A stretch of DNA of 64,000 nucleotides. It comes from Deltaproteobacteria bacterium (lineage in GTDB: Bacteria > Bdellovibrionota > JACOXK01 > 2-02-FULL-40-11). Positions within the stretch are counted from its first letter, which is position 1, and each line of letters opens with the position of its first letter. The stretch is from assembly GCA_016198185.1 (NCBI GenBank), contig JACQJD010000046.1:9242-73241 (forward strand), in the 5' to 3' direction. The notes under the pieces are model-generated. The model was not told the origin of the DNA. It saw only the letters and a list, made by a program, of their open reading frames with translations, and did no database searches. This document shows positions 1-10,025 of this stretch, in pieces. A program made the position numbers and the translations under genes.

Positions 1-16
1 AAGTACACTATATAAA

Positions 17-790
17 ATGATGATGGAGCAGCAACAAAATTATATCCAAACACACGTCGTCCAAAAAAAAACACTCAGCCAAGCTTTGGCAATCCTTACC
101 TTAAAACCTTCTCACCCTTTTGAATTTAAACCAGGTCAATATTGCACCGTGGTCATGGATGAAATTGCCAGACCTTATTCTATTTGTTCCGCACCCCATG
201 AGGGGCTTTTAGAACTTTTTTTAGAAATCGTACCCGATGAACTTCGGCAAAGCACGTCATTGACACCAAAACTTTTTCACCTGAACATAGGAGATACTGT
301 TTTTATTCGGAAAAAAGCCAAAGGGCTTTTTCTCTTGGATCCCACGGCTTCCACCCACGTATTTGTCGCAACGGTCACAGGCATTGCACCCTTTATCAGC
401 ATGATTCGTTCCTATGTTCATGGGTATTACCAACCGATGCTGATCCAAGAGCCCTTCTACGTGTTTCAGGGAGCAAGTTATGGCGATGAGTTTGGCTACG
501 ATGCCCAATTAAAATCGCTCGAGACAACTGGCGTTCTTCGTTATATCCCCACCGTGAGCCGCCCGAACGAAGAACGCAATCAAAACTGGCATGGGAAAAC
601 AGGTCGTGTAAATTTAATTTTAGAACCTTATCTTGAGGAATTTAAGATTGGGCCTAAAAATACGATGATCTATTTATGCGGACATCGCGGCATGATTGAG
701 TATTTGGGCAATCATCGAGAAAAAAGCGGCAAACCTCTGGGAACACTCGTAAAAAAAGGGTACCAAACGAAAGAAGAGATTTATTTTTAG
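17..790 (+). CDS. Ferredoxin-NADP reductase-like FAD/NAD(P)-binding oxidoreductase
   Basis: 257 aa ORF. The 'ARPYSICS' segment resembles the RxYS FAD-binding motif of the FNR family, and length and domain order fit a plant-type FNR-like reductase. Confidence 0.55.
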   Translation: MMMEQQQNYIQTHVVQKKTLSQALAILTLKPSHPFEFKPGQYCTVVMDEIARPYSICSAPHEGLLELFLEIVPDELRQSTSLTPKLFHLNIGDTVFIRKKAKGLFLLDPTASTHVFVATVTGIAPFISMIRSYVHGYYQPMLIQEPFYVFQGASYGDEFGYDAQLKSLETTGVLRYIPTVSRPNEERNQNWHGKTGRVNLILEPYLEEFKIGPKNTMIYLCGHRGMIEYLGNHREKSGKPLGTLVKKGYQTKEEIYF

Positions 791-837
791 CATCCCATTC
801 ATTTATGAATAACGTTATTAAAGTTTATCCGAAGTTT

Positions 838-900
838 GGCCACTGCCAACATCTCTGTGGCTCGAAAGGCAATGCCGCCGCAGAGATGTTGGCAGTGGCC
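838..900. terminator. Perfect 20-bp-stem hairpin between two convergent genes (REP-like or terminator)
   Basis: ggccactgccaacatctctg ... cagagatgttggcagtggcc lies between the 3' ends of the FNR-like gene and pepP. There is no T-tract, so it may act as a bidirectional or REP-type stabiliser rather than a canonical terminator. Confidence 0.45.
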
Positions 901-968
901 CCACATCGTTCACCTTTCAGAAAACCAAACTATCTGTAGCGAAAATCTTTAGAACCAAGGGAAAGAGA

Positions 969-2315
969 TTATTTAAATGAACGTTTTCCGATGATATTTT
1001 CTAAGTCAGCAATTTCTTTAGGACAGTCGGCCGTTAAGTTCATGGGCTTGTGTGCCGTCACTTGAATATCGTCTTCAATACGAATCCCCCCGACAGAAAA
1101 CAAATTTTCCACCTTGGACCAATTCACCTCGGTTTTAAACTTCTTTCGATACTTAGGGTCATTGATTAAAGCTGGAATAAAATAAATTCCAGGTTCAATG
1201 GTCACCACACAGTTTTCTTGCAACAAAACATTGGAGCGAATTTTTTTGGATTTTTTGGTTTTGGGGACCGGCGCGCAATCATGCACATCCAGCCCCAAAG
1301 AATGCCCCAACCCATGTGGAAAAAACAATCGATCCAGCCCTGCTTCTTTCATGGAAGTGGCATTCCCTTTTAAATAACCCAACCCCATTAAGCCTTCCAA
1401 AAGCCCTACGGCCGCTTCCTCATGAAGCGTTCGAAACCAAATACCGGGTTTTAATCCCTCAATCGCTTTCTTTTGAACATCTAAAACCACTTGGTAGAGA
1501 TCTTTCTGTAACGAAGAAAATTTTCCAGACACGGGATAGGTTCTCGTGATATCCGCTGCATATCCTTCCACTTCACAAGCCGCATCAATGCAAAGAAAAT
1601 CATCTGGCATGAGTGTTCTTTGATTTTGAGTGTAATGTAAAATAGCAGCATTTTTGCCAGAGGCAACGATCGATCCATAAGCAGGTTGCCTTCCCCCTTG
1701 TTCCATAAATACTTGTTCTAAATAAGATTGAAGTTGATACTCTTTCACTCCCGCTTTAGAGGTTTGCATCGCCACCCGATGCGCCTTGGAAGAAATAAGA
1801 GCCGCTTTTTTCATTCGCTGTAATTCAAAATGCGACTTTTCAAACCGCATTTCAGAAAGAGCCGTATGCAATACCGCCATTCTTGGAAGTGTATCTTTTC
1901 TTTCCTTTCCATAGGCATGCGTTGGGTGTTCTGTTTTTAAAAAATAAAGAGGCTTTTTGGATTTCAGTCGAGCCTTTACCTTTTTTTCAAACTGCCCCAT
2001 TCCATAGACATGCTGCGCCCCCGCTCTCTCTTTAAGTTCATCGGCAGAAGTGACATCCCCTACCCAAACAATGTGTTTGGCATCAATCTCAGGAACAAAA
2101 AGCGTAAAAACATCTTCATCGAGGTCATACATAAAAGCGTAGCCTGGTTCACCAATACCGGTGAGATAGAGAAAGTGGGAATTTTGCCTGAAGGGAAATA
2201 CAACATCATGGTTGCGAATGACTTCACGATTGCCCACGGCGACCACACATCCGGTCTTTATTTTTTTTGCCAAGACCCCATGGCGCTTTTTAATCTCAGG
2301 AGCCCACGAATTCAT
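969..2315 (-). CDS. pepP: Xaa-Pro aminopeptidase (M24B metallopeptidase)
   Basis: 448 aa with an N-terminal AMP_N-like region and a C-terminal 'HGLGHSLGLDVHD' metal-binding motif typical of M24B aminopeptidase P. Confidence 0.8.
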   Translation of the reverse strand: MNSWAPEIKKRHGVLAKKIKTGCVVAVGNREVIRNHDVVFPFRQNSHFLYLTGIGEPGYAFMYDLDEDVFTLFVPEIDAKHIVWVGDVTSADELKERAGAQHVYGMGQFEKKVKARLKSKKPLYFLKTEHPTHAYGKERKDTLPRMAVLHTALSEMRFEKSHFELQRMKKAALISSKAHRVAMQTSKAGVKEYQLQSYLEQVFMEQGGRQPAYGSIVASGKNAAILHYTQNQRTLMPDDFLCIDAACEVEGYAADITRTYPVSGKFSSLQKDLYQVVLDVQKKAIEGLKPGIWFRTLHEEAAVGLLEGLMGLGYLKGNATSMKEAGLDRLFFPHGLGHSLGLDVHDCAPVPKTKKSKKIRSNVLLQENCVVTIEPGIYFIPALINDPKYRKKFKTEVNWSKVENLFSVGGIRIEDDIQVTAHKPMNLTADCPKEIADLENIIGKRSFK

Positions 2316-2378
2316 GCCAATGACTTTATCGTTTTATGAACATTTGTGCCATGAAAAAGTCATTGGCAGAAAAGGAAA

Positions 2379-3314
2379 ATGTCATTATCATCTTTCGGCA
2401 TGTTATTTTCTGAAACCTTAAAGAAGACACCACTTCCCCTCATGTATGAAGTCATTCCGGCGAGGCTCGATTGGCCAATGACCAAAGTGATTGCTTCCAT
2501 TCGCCAAACCTTGGACCCTATTTGCGACACAGGGGTCTTGTGTTTAAACATCCCCGAAATTTTAGATAGCCCCATTCCCAAGATGGAACCCAGACTCTAT
2601 GCCAAATTAATTCAAGAACAGAGCCCCATCCCCTTTGAAATGATTGTCAATCGTGTGGTGGTCCACGCACCCCTTTCTGAACAATTAACCTGGCTTTCCG
2701 ACACCCATCGCAACTTTCACATTGACACCTTTATTTTTGTGGGCGGAGCGAGCCAAGATGGACAGTATCCAGGCCCTTCCGTATCTCAATTAATGCAGCA
2801 CGCCCAAAAGTATTCTGTAGGAGGGATTCTCATTCCCCATCGGCTTGAAAAAGATTCTGGCATGGATGAAGCTCACCGCGTCATTCAAAAACAAAAGGCG
2901 GGCATTTCTTTTTTTACGAGCCAGGTACTTTACGACATAGAACCTCTCAAAAAGTTTTTATGGCAATATCATGAATTGCTCTGCCAAGAAAAACTTTCTC
3001 CCCTCCCTTTGTTTTTAAGTTTTTCGCCCATCAGCTCTGAACGCGATATTGCGTTCTATCAAAAACTTCAAGTGCTGATTCCCAAACACGTGCTCCAAAA
3101 CTTACGAAAACACCCCAAAGACATGGCCGCCTATTCTCTAGATGTGGTCGAGGCCCTCTTTGAAGAAATTTTTTCTTTCGTTCAAAAGTTTACACCTCAG
3201 ATGAGGCTGGGCATCAACGTGGAATACATTACGCACCACAACCGCTTACATTCTTACGAGCTCCTTCGGAAATTTTCTAAACGCACCTCGACCCTGGCTC
3301 GAGGGTCAGAATGA
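2379..3314 (+). CDS. Methylenetetrahydrofolate reductase-like (MTHFR family) protein
   Basis: 'FIFVGGASQDG...KQKAGISFFTSQVLYD' matches the MTHFR 'K..AGAdF.iTQ.fFd' region. About 310 aa. Translationally coupled (ATGA overlap) to the next gene. Confidence 0.4.
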   Translation: MSLSSFGMLFSETLKKTPLPLMYEVIPARLDWPMTKVIASIRQTLDPICDTGVLCLNIPEILDSPIPKMEPRLYAKLIQEQSPIPFEMIVNRVVVHAPLSEQLTWLSDTHRNFHIDTFIFVGGASQDGQYPGPSVSQLMQHAQKYSVGGILIPHRLEKDSGMDEAHRVIQKQKAGISFFTSQVLYDIEPLKKFLWQYHELLCQEKLSPLPLFLSFSPISSERDIAFYQKLQVLIPKHVLQNLRKHPKDMAAYSLDVVEALFEEIFSFVQKFTPQMRLGINVEYITHHNRLHSYELLRKFSKRTSTLARGSE

Positions 3315-4864
3315 ATTACGATTATATCATTGTGGGCGCGGGCATGAGCGGACTGACCGTTGGATCTCTGCTCGCCAAAGCTGGCAAACGTGTGTGTATT
3401 TTGGAAGCACATGAATATCCTGGGGGCTGTTGTCATAGTTTTAAAAAGGGGGAATACACGTTTTGCGCCTCCGTTCATTATATTTTTTTTGCAGGCGAAG
3501 GCCAACCCGTTCATAATTTCTTAAAAAAATTAGGCCTTGAAAAAGAAATCACCTTTGAACGATTGGATCCAGAAGGATACGACATTTTTTCTTGCCCTAC
3601 CGAAGGACTGCGTTGCGCTATCCCCAATGGACTTGAAAATTGGAGAGATCGGCTGATTGCAAATTTTCCAGAAGATCAAAAAGCACTTTCTCTTTTTTTT
3701 AAGATTATTTTTAATTTGGTAAAAGATTTTTACCACATGCCTTATGATATTTCCATAATCGGTTTAATGAAACTTGCTTACAAAACGCCGTCCATTTTTA
3801 AATTCCGAAAATGGACACTGCAGGATTTGTTTAATCATTGCGGGCTTTCTCTGCGTGTGCAAGCCGTCTTGGCCACGCAATTAGGTGATGTCGCCGAACC
3901 CCCCAAGCATATTTCCCTCATCATTTATGCCGCTCTCATTTGGAGTTACGGTCGAGGAGCGTATTATCCAACCAAACATTTCCATACCTTTATCGATACC
4001 ATTGCCAATACCATCGAAACCAGCCCCGGTTCCAAAATTCACTATAATACCGAAATTGTAAAAGTAGAACGAGAAGGCCACCAAATCAGCAAAGTAATTT
4101 CCAAATCGGGAGAATGTTTTCAAGCCCCAGTCATTATTTGCAATATGGACCCTCAAAAGTTTGTGAAAATGATGGATCAGAATGATCTTCCAACATCTTT
4201 TTCGAAGCGTGTTGATTATGATTATTCTGTCAGTGCCCTCACACTCTTTTTAGGAGTCCAAGGACTCAATCTCAGAGACTATGGATTTGGCAAAGGCAAC
4301 ATTTGGCATTATCCTCATTTAGATATCAATCGCATTTATGAGGGACAACACGAAAAGCGGAATCTCTCGGATCCTTGGTTTTTCATGTCAACCCCTACGT
4401 TGTATTCACCTGCGTCTGAACCCAGGATCGCACCCCGAGGGGAAGAAATTCTTGAAGTTGTCACCACCTGTCCTTATGAACTTTTCCGTCAGAAACTCAA
4501 TGAAAGTCACCAAGCATACGTTTTATTTAAAAATGAAATTCGGGATCGAATTTTAGATCTCATCGAGGCCCATTATATTCCCAATTTTAAAGAACATGTT
4601 GTTTTAAAAGTGGTTGGCACCCCAACAACCCATGAACGTTATCTCTGGGCGCCGCACGGGAATATTTACGGCTCCGCCCTCACACCGAAAAATGTAGATT
4701 TTTCGCGTCTTAAATTTCGCTCACCGATCAAGAATTTATTTTTCACAGGTGCCACTGTGGAATTTCCAGGCATTGGGGCGACCGTCATGGCCGGGACACG
4801 GCTCTACACCTATCTTACGAATGATGTTGTACATCCAGGGAAAAATTTTAACGATTTGATTTAA
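3311..4864 (+). CDS. FAD-dependent oxidoreductase (phytoene desaturase / CrtI-like amine-oxidase fold)
   Basis: N-terminal 'YDYIIVGAGMSGLTVGSLLAKAGKRVCILEAHEYPGG' Rossmann dinucleotide-binding motif; 517 aa. Confidence 0.6.
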   Translation: MNYDYIIVGAGMSGLTVGSLLAKAGKRVCILEAHEYPGGCCHSFKKGEYTFCASVHYIFFAGEGQPVHNFLKKLGLEKEITFERLDPEGYDIFSCPTEGLRCAIPNGLENWRDRLIANFPEDQKALSLFFKIIFNLVKDFYHMPYDISIIGLMKLAYKTPSIFKFRKWTLQDLFNHCGLSLRVQAVLATQLGDVAEPPKHISLIIYAALIWSYGRGAYYPTKHFHTFIDTIANTIETSPGSKIHYNTEIVKVEREGHQISKVISKSGECFQAPVIICNMDPQKFVKMMDQNDLPTSFSKRVDYDYSVSALTLFLGVQGLNLRDYGFGKGNIWHYPHLDINRIYEGQHEKRNLSDPWFFMSTPTLYSPASEPRIAPRGEEILEVVTTCPYELFRQKLNESHQAYVLFKNEIRDRILDLIEAHYIPNFKEHVVLKVVGTPTTHERYLWAPHGNIYGSALTPKNVDFSRLKFRSPIKNLFFTGATVEFPGIGATVMAGTRLYTYLTNDVVHPGKNFNDLI

Positions 4865-4866
4865 AA

Positions 4867-5165
4867 GGAAAGCCTCTAAATCTGGTTTTATCAGAGGAAA
4901 ATTTATTTACGTAAATCTAATAATTTTACTCCTTGGAGATTGACTGATAAACCACGCGGTCAAATGACCCTGCAAGTCATTTGCCGCTCAGCTCTCGGCC
5001 TCGCTCTTTTTTGTAAAGCCACAAGTGGCTGCGCACTTGTGGCTTTACAAAAAAACCATGCCCGCTCGGCCTGCGAGATGGGTTTATCAGTCAATCTCCA
5101 AGGAGCTACGTCATAGCTTATTTAAATAAATTTCCCTCTGATAAAACCAGATTTAGAGGCTTTCC
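4867..5165. repeat. About 300 bp nested (three-level) palindromic element between convergent genes
   Basis: Outer arms of about 44 bp (4867-4910 versus 5120-5165). Middle arms are a perfect 25 bp (ctccttggagattgactgataaacc / ggtttatcagtcaatctccaaggag). Inner stem is a perfect 18 bp (tttgtaaagccacaagtg ... cacttgtggctttacaaa). Confidence 0.6.
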
Positions 5166-6457
5166 TCACACTTTTTCAAGCACGGCTCGGCCTTGTGAAG
5201 CAGCACATTGGCTGCGTATTGACCCGTTAAAAAACTATCTTCTAGCCCACAGATATTGTGATCCCCAATGACAAAGAGGTTTTCTTGGGGATTCAAACAA
5301 TGCCACGAAGGACCCGATATCGTAATGGCGGATCTCCAATGCACTGCTTTTCGAATTTTAAAATTGCTGTAATATTTTTTGAGAGATTCAAACTGGGGTT
5401 TTAATTCTGTCTCGTACTTCCCGTTTTCTAAAATGGAAGGGTCCGCCGCTGATGTTGATAACGATCCTTTTACATAAACCGTGTCACTTCCATCGCGATT
5501 TTTCCATAGACATAATACGGGCTCATCTCGAGCGGTCATGACAATGCGAGCGTGCTCATAGATGGGCTTGCGTTCTCCTTCAACCGCAAGAACACAAACT
5601 GAACTTTCATGAAAAGGCTCTTCGGAATACACCCCAAAAGGGTTTGTTCGAAGTACCACTTCCTGCATCCTCTGTGGAACAACTCTGGGAATAACACCCG
5701 TCAACAACTTTTCAACGACTTTCACAGGGGTTGCCAAAACCACAGCCTCTGCTTCAAATCTTTCTTTGGGCGTCTGAACATAAAAACAGCCCCCCTCTTG
5801 GCCAATCGTCATTACGCGGTCATACCAGATTTGATTTCCAAATCCTTGACCAAGCTTAGATAGCGTTTCTGTAAAATCAGCTTCATAGGCACAAACCCAG
5901 GTTGGGAATAACGCCGATAAATAAAATAACGTATTCACTTCTTCTACAGTAACAAAAAATGTGGCTCGAAGGATGGGATGGATAAACTTTTCATGCAACT
6001 CACAAAGCCCCTGTTGTGCAACATAGTCTTTGGCCGGAAGCTTCATCCATCTTTGAATTAAAGGATAATCCTGTAAAACATGTTTTTGGCACTCACCCCT
6101 AGCTTGTTTTCTGAATTTTAGAAGTTCACAGCGAAGGCAAGCGACATCCCTTAGAACGTTCATCAACTTCGGAAAATTTTTTAACCCTCCCCTTCGAAAT
6201 AATGAAAATGGGCCGTTTACTGTTTCAAAATAAACATCTCGAATACGAATGGCAAGACCGTCATCACAAAATTTACGCACCTCATGATAATCTTTCGTAA
6301 TGTATTTGGCGCCCCAAGACATCCCAGACTCAGCATAGATTCTTCCGCCCAAGCGCTCTGTAATCATTACAAAAGAGCGACCCGCATCGTAAAGGGTGCG
6401 CGCACAGGCAAGCCCAGCAATACCACCGCCAACAATCACAATGGGTGTTTGCGTCAT
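5153..6457 (-). CDS. FAD-dependent oxidoreductase (amine oxidase / protoporphyrinogen oxidase-like)
   Basis: N-terminal 'IVIVGGGIAGLACARTLYDAGRSFVMITERLGGRI' FAD-binding motif; 434 aa. Confidence 0.55.
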   Translation of the reverse strand: MTQTPIVIVGGGIAGLACARTLYDAGRSFVMITERLGGRIYAESGMSWGAKYITKDYHEVRKFCDDGLAIRIRDVYFETVNGPFSLFRRGGLKNFPKLMNVLRDVACLRCELLKFRKQARGECQKHVLQDYPLIQRWMKLPAKDYVAQQGLCELHEKFIHPILRATFFVTVEEVNTLFYLSALFPTWVCAYEADFTETLSKLGQGFGNQIWYDRVMTIGQEGGCFYVQTPKERFEAEAVVLATPVKVVEKLLTGVIPRVVPQRMQEVVLRTNPFGVYSEEPFHESSVCVLAVEGERKPIYEHARIVMTARDEPVLCLWKNRDGSDTVYVKGSLSTSAADPSILENGKYETELKPQFESLKKYYSNFKIRKAVHWRSAITISGPSWHCLNPQENLFVIGDHNICGLEDSFLTGQYAANVLLHKAEPCLKKCEESL

Positions 6458-6523
6458 AGAACAAAACCATAAAGGATAAATAACCCCTTGCCAAGAATAA
6501 TGGATCCTTTATGAAGAAACCCC

Positions 6524-7258
6524 ATGAAGATCAAACTCGTCATTCACTATGATGGCACTCGTTTTATGGGCTGGCAACGCCAGCCTGGCAAATTAACCAT
6601 TCAAGGAAAGATCGAAGATGCTCTTTACAAACTGTATCATCGCAACCTTAAAATTTATGGCGCTTCACGAACCGATGCAGGCGTTCATGCCAAAGGGCAA
6701 GTGGCTCATTTTATAGCTCCCATCACTGGTGCACCTCCCAAAAATCTTGCACACAAGATCAATCCCTATCTTCCTTCGGATATTCGAATTCGATCTGCAG
6801 AGAAAGTGGCCGATGATTTTCATGCCCGCGAAAGTGCCCGTTCCAAACGCTATGAATACGTCATTTTGAATCATCCGCACGAAATATCAACCTCTCTCCA
6901 CCTCTGGTGGGTAACGCACCCTCTCGATATTGTTCCCATGAACGAAGCATGCCAGTACCTGCTGGGAAGTCATGATTTTAGTTCTTTCCAATCGAGCGGA
7001 AGTCATTCCCCTACGCCCATCCGAGAAATTTTTGAGGCTTTTTGGAAACGCGAAAAAGATCACGTCATCTTTACCATTCGTGGCAGTGGTTTTTTAAAAT
7101 TCATGGTAAGAAATTTGGTAGGCACCTTAACACTTGTCGGACAAAAAAAGATCACCCCCTTGGATTTTAAAGCTATTTTAGAAAAGAAAAATCGAAGTGA
7201 TGCAGGCGCCACAGCACCGGCCTGTGGCTTAACTCTGATCGAAATCTGTTACGCATAA
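6524..7258 (+). CDS. truA: tRNA pseudouridine(38-40) synthase
   Basis: 'IHYDGTRFMGWQRQPG ... RTDAGVHAKGQVAHF' is a classic TruA signature including the catalytic Asp in RTDAGVHA; 244 aa. Confidence 0.9.
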   Translation: MKIKLVIHYDGTRFMGWQRQPGKLTIQGKIEDALYKLYHRNLKIYGASRTDAGVHAKGQVAHFIAPITGAPPKNLAHKINPYLPSDIRIRSAEKVADDFHARESARSKRYEYVILNHPHEISTSLHLWWVTHPLDIVPMNEACQYLLGSHDFSSFQSSGSHSPTPIREIFEAFWKREKDHVIFTIRGSGFLKFMVRNLVGTLTLVGQKKITPLDFKAILEKKNRSDAGATAPACGLTLIEICYA

Positions 7259-7391
7259 ATTCATAAAAAAACTTGCGGTGTCTTTATCTTCATGTCATGA
7301 CACTTCCACTGTTAAAAATATTAAATGAATAGCCTCGCTATATTTACTTCCAAGGCTAGCCTCACAACATACGAACCGTGAAAGGAGTTTT

Positions 7392-7937
7392 ATGAAGAAA
7401 AACATATTCAGTATTTTTTTGGGGCTGTTTTTGTGCTCCACCTACAGCATGGCAGAAAATCATTTTCGAGGGGAAGAGGTTGAACATTTTTTTGGAACCT
7501 ATATCCTCTTTGAAGGCAATGCCTCCTTTTGTCCGATGAAACTTGAAATGCCCCCCCTTTTTGAAAATGACCAAAGTTCTTTGTCCGGGGTAAAGCTCAG
7601 TGGAAATTTAGTGGACTGCATCGTAAAGGACCAGAACAGTCCTTTTTTACATCAGTTTGATCTTTTTAAAAACATCAACGCCGGTCCTCGGGTTGAAATC
7701 GTTCGGCAATCGAACATCCTTCATAAAACGAAAGTGTCCTTGTACGGAAAAGAAGTATTATCCAAAGAATATGTAAGATTTTTGCGAAACACCTCCGAAC
7801 GTGTTCAAAAAACCGATGTCTATCTCACGCAAGAAGGCGTTCGCTACAGTTATGTGGTCCTGGACTATTTAAATCCAACCCAATCGCACTATTGGGCATG
7901 TGATTATGAAAAAGAGTCAGATGCCGAACGGCATTAA
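7392..7937 (+). CDS. Hypothetical secreted protein
   Basis: N-terminal signal peptide (MKKNIFSIFLGLFLCSTYSMA) and a Shine-Dalgarno 'aaaggag' upstream. No recognised domain. Confidence 0.4.
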   Translation: MKKNIFSIFLGLFLCSTYSMAENHFRGEEVEHFFGTYILFEGNASFCPMKLEMPPLFENDQSSLSGVKLSGNLVDCIVKDQNSPFLHQFDLFKNINAGPRVEIVRQSNILHKTKVSLYGKEVLSKEYVRFLRNTSERVQKTDVYLTQEGVRYSYVVLDYLNPTQSHYWACDYEKESDAERH

Positions 7938-8120
7938 AATGCGTCACGCTCAAAAACTAAAAAGAAAACTAAAAAGATTGACTTTTTTAGCCAATACGTT
8001 TAAATAGGTGCGTTTTGTTTAATACTGTTTGCATTTGACACGAGTTTTTATTCACTTCGACCGTCAGAAGAACAATATTGGACATGAAGCAATAACCCTA
8101 AAAAAAGGAGATACTAAATC

Positions 8121-8432
<312 letters not shown>

Positions 8433-8461
8433 ATCTAAAAGTTTTTTTAGATTAAATTAAT

Positions 8462-8497
8462 AAAAAGCCTTCTTGAAAAAGAAGGCTTTTTTATTTC
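8462..8497 (+). terminator. Rho-independent terminator
   Basis: aaaagccttcttg-aaaa-agaaggctttt followed by a T-run, directly downstream of the RRM gene. Confidence 0.6.
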
Positions 8498-8651
8498 CCA
8501 AGAGGCAATGCATCGTTTTCTGAAAGTTCAATAAATTTTGCATACACATGGAAAGAACATAGAAAAATACAACTTAAAAAAAATCCATTTCATTATTTCC
8601 ATACTCCTACCGAAGAAAGAAATCGTAAATTAGAAAACAACTTGATATTTG

Positions 8652-9800
8652 TCAAAAAGAAAAATGGGCTTTTTTTGACTTATTCATGGGGGGATCCTGA
8701 ATCTTGTACAGTTGCGATATTTTTTTCCACACATGATAATCTTCTGGAATCAGCAAACTCAATGCTTCCCCTGAAGCCCCTGCTCGAGCGGTTCTTCCAA
8801 TGCGATGCACATAATCTTCTGGCACAAGCGGTAAATCGTAATTAATCACGTGCTGTATGTGAAGAATATCTAATCCTCTCGCAGCAATGTCTGTGGCCAC
8901 CAGTATTCTACTTTTATTGGCTCGGAAATCTCGAATTGCATTCATGCGTTGCGATTGAGACAAGCCTCCATGAATTCGATCTACAGGTAATTTTTTCTCT
9001 CTTAAAAAGAATGCCAATCTATCTGTCCTGCGCTTTGTTCTCGTAAAAATCAGAACGGATCCATTTCTTTGACGTAATGCATTTAACAGGGTTTCATTTT
9101 TGGTGCTTGCAGTTGTTTGAATGGTAGATTGTTTAACTTCTTTTACGGGTTGTGAAGCAACCCCCACACTGACATACGTAGGATTCTTTAAATATTTTTT
9201 TGTCATCTGTTCAATATCACTTGGAAATGTGGCTGAAAAAAGAACCGTTTGCCTAGCATGCGAAAGATGTCGAAAAATCTCTCTAAGTTGTTGCGCAAAT
9301 CCCATGTCTAACATTCGGTCTGCCTCATCAAGTACCAAAAATTTAGTTTTGTGCACAAACAGAGTTTTCTGATTGAGATGATCAATGACCCTACCGGGCG
9401 TTCCAACGATAACACGTGGTCTTCTGGATAGGTCCCGAATTTGATTGCCCATCGATGCCCCACCGATCAGAAGAACTGTTTTGAGCTCCGCAAAAGGGGC
9501 TGTCATTTTTTTTAAAACCCCCATAATTTGAAAAGCCAACTCACGTGTGGGCACCAAAATAAGCGCTGACTGTTCATGGTTTTTCAATAAATGACAAATT
9601 AAAGGAATGCTGAAAGCAGCTGTCTTTCCTGTTCCAGTCTGAGCACATCCAATAAGATCTTTACCCGCTAAAACGTGAGGAATGGCTTTTTCTTGAATGG
9701 GTGTTGGAGCATAAAAATTCATTGCCTCTAAGGCTCCAAGAAGTTTTGGAGGCAACTCCATATGTTTAAAGTTATTCATAAGGGGGGCACTATAGCACAA
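8652..9800 (-). CDS. DEAD-box ATP-dependent RNA helicase
   Basis: Motif I 'AQTGTGKTAAF', motif II 'VLDEAD', 'SAT', and motif VI 'HRIGRTARAG'. Confidence 0.9.
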   Translation of the reverse strand: MCYSAPLMNNFKHMELPPKLLGALEAMNFYAPTPIQEKAIPHVLAGKDLIGCAQTGTGKTAAFSIPLICHLLKNHEQSALILVPTRELAFQIMGVLKKMTAPFAELKTVLLIGGASMGNQIRDLSRRPRVIVGTPGRVIDHLNQKTLFVHKTKFLVLDEADRMLDMGFAQQLREIFRHLSHARQTVLFSATFPSDIEQMTKKYLKNPTYVSVGVASQPVKEVKQSTIQTTASTKNETLLNALRQRNGSVLIFTRTKRRTDRLAFFLREKKLPVDRIHGGLSQSQRMNAIRDFRANKSRILVATDIAARGLDILHIQHVINYDLPLVPEDYVHRIGRTARAGASGEALSLLIPEDYHVWKKISQLYKIQDPPMNKSKKAHFSF

Positions 9801-9825
9801 CTATTTACAAAACGGGAAATAAAAA

Positions 9826-9965
9826 AGAAGCTTTCGATCTTATTCATTCCATTTGGCCAGCCGATGTTTCTGGAAAAAATAATTTTCTGACTGCCTATGA
9901 AGACGCACTAAAACAATCGAATTTTTATCCGGGGTTTGAAAAACAACTTAGGCTGTCACAATAAC
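9826..9965 (+). pseudogene. C-terminal remnant of a paralogue of the 13498..14373 secreted-protein gene
   Basis: Translates to AFDLIHSIWPADVSGKNNFLTAYEDALKQSNFYPGFEKQLRLSQ*, which aligns with the last 45 aa of the 13498..14373 ORF. No upstream coding sequence remains. Confidence 0.5.
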
Positions 9966-10025
9966 ATCATAGGCCTTGGAATGTTGTTCAATACGATCCA
10001 CTTGTTTATCGAAAACCTGACTCCT
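9948..10025 (-). pseudogene. C-terminal remnant of a paralogue of the 34727..35545 gene
   Basis: The minus strand encodes ...IEQHSKAYDVIVTA*, identical to the C-terminus of the 34727..35545 ORF. It overlaps the plus-strand remnant tail-to-tail, as in the intact locus. Confidence 0.5.

Noticed and set aside
257-508. 83-aa minus-strand ORF inside the FNR-like gene
   Set aside because: It is an antisense overlap with a well-supported plus-strand gene.
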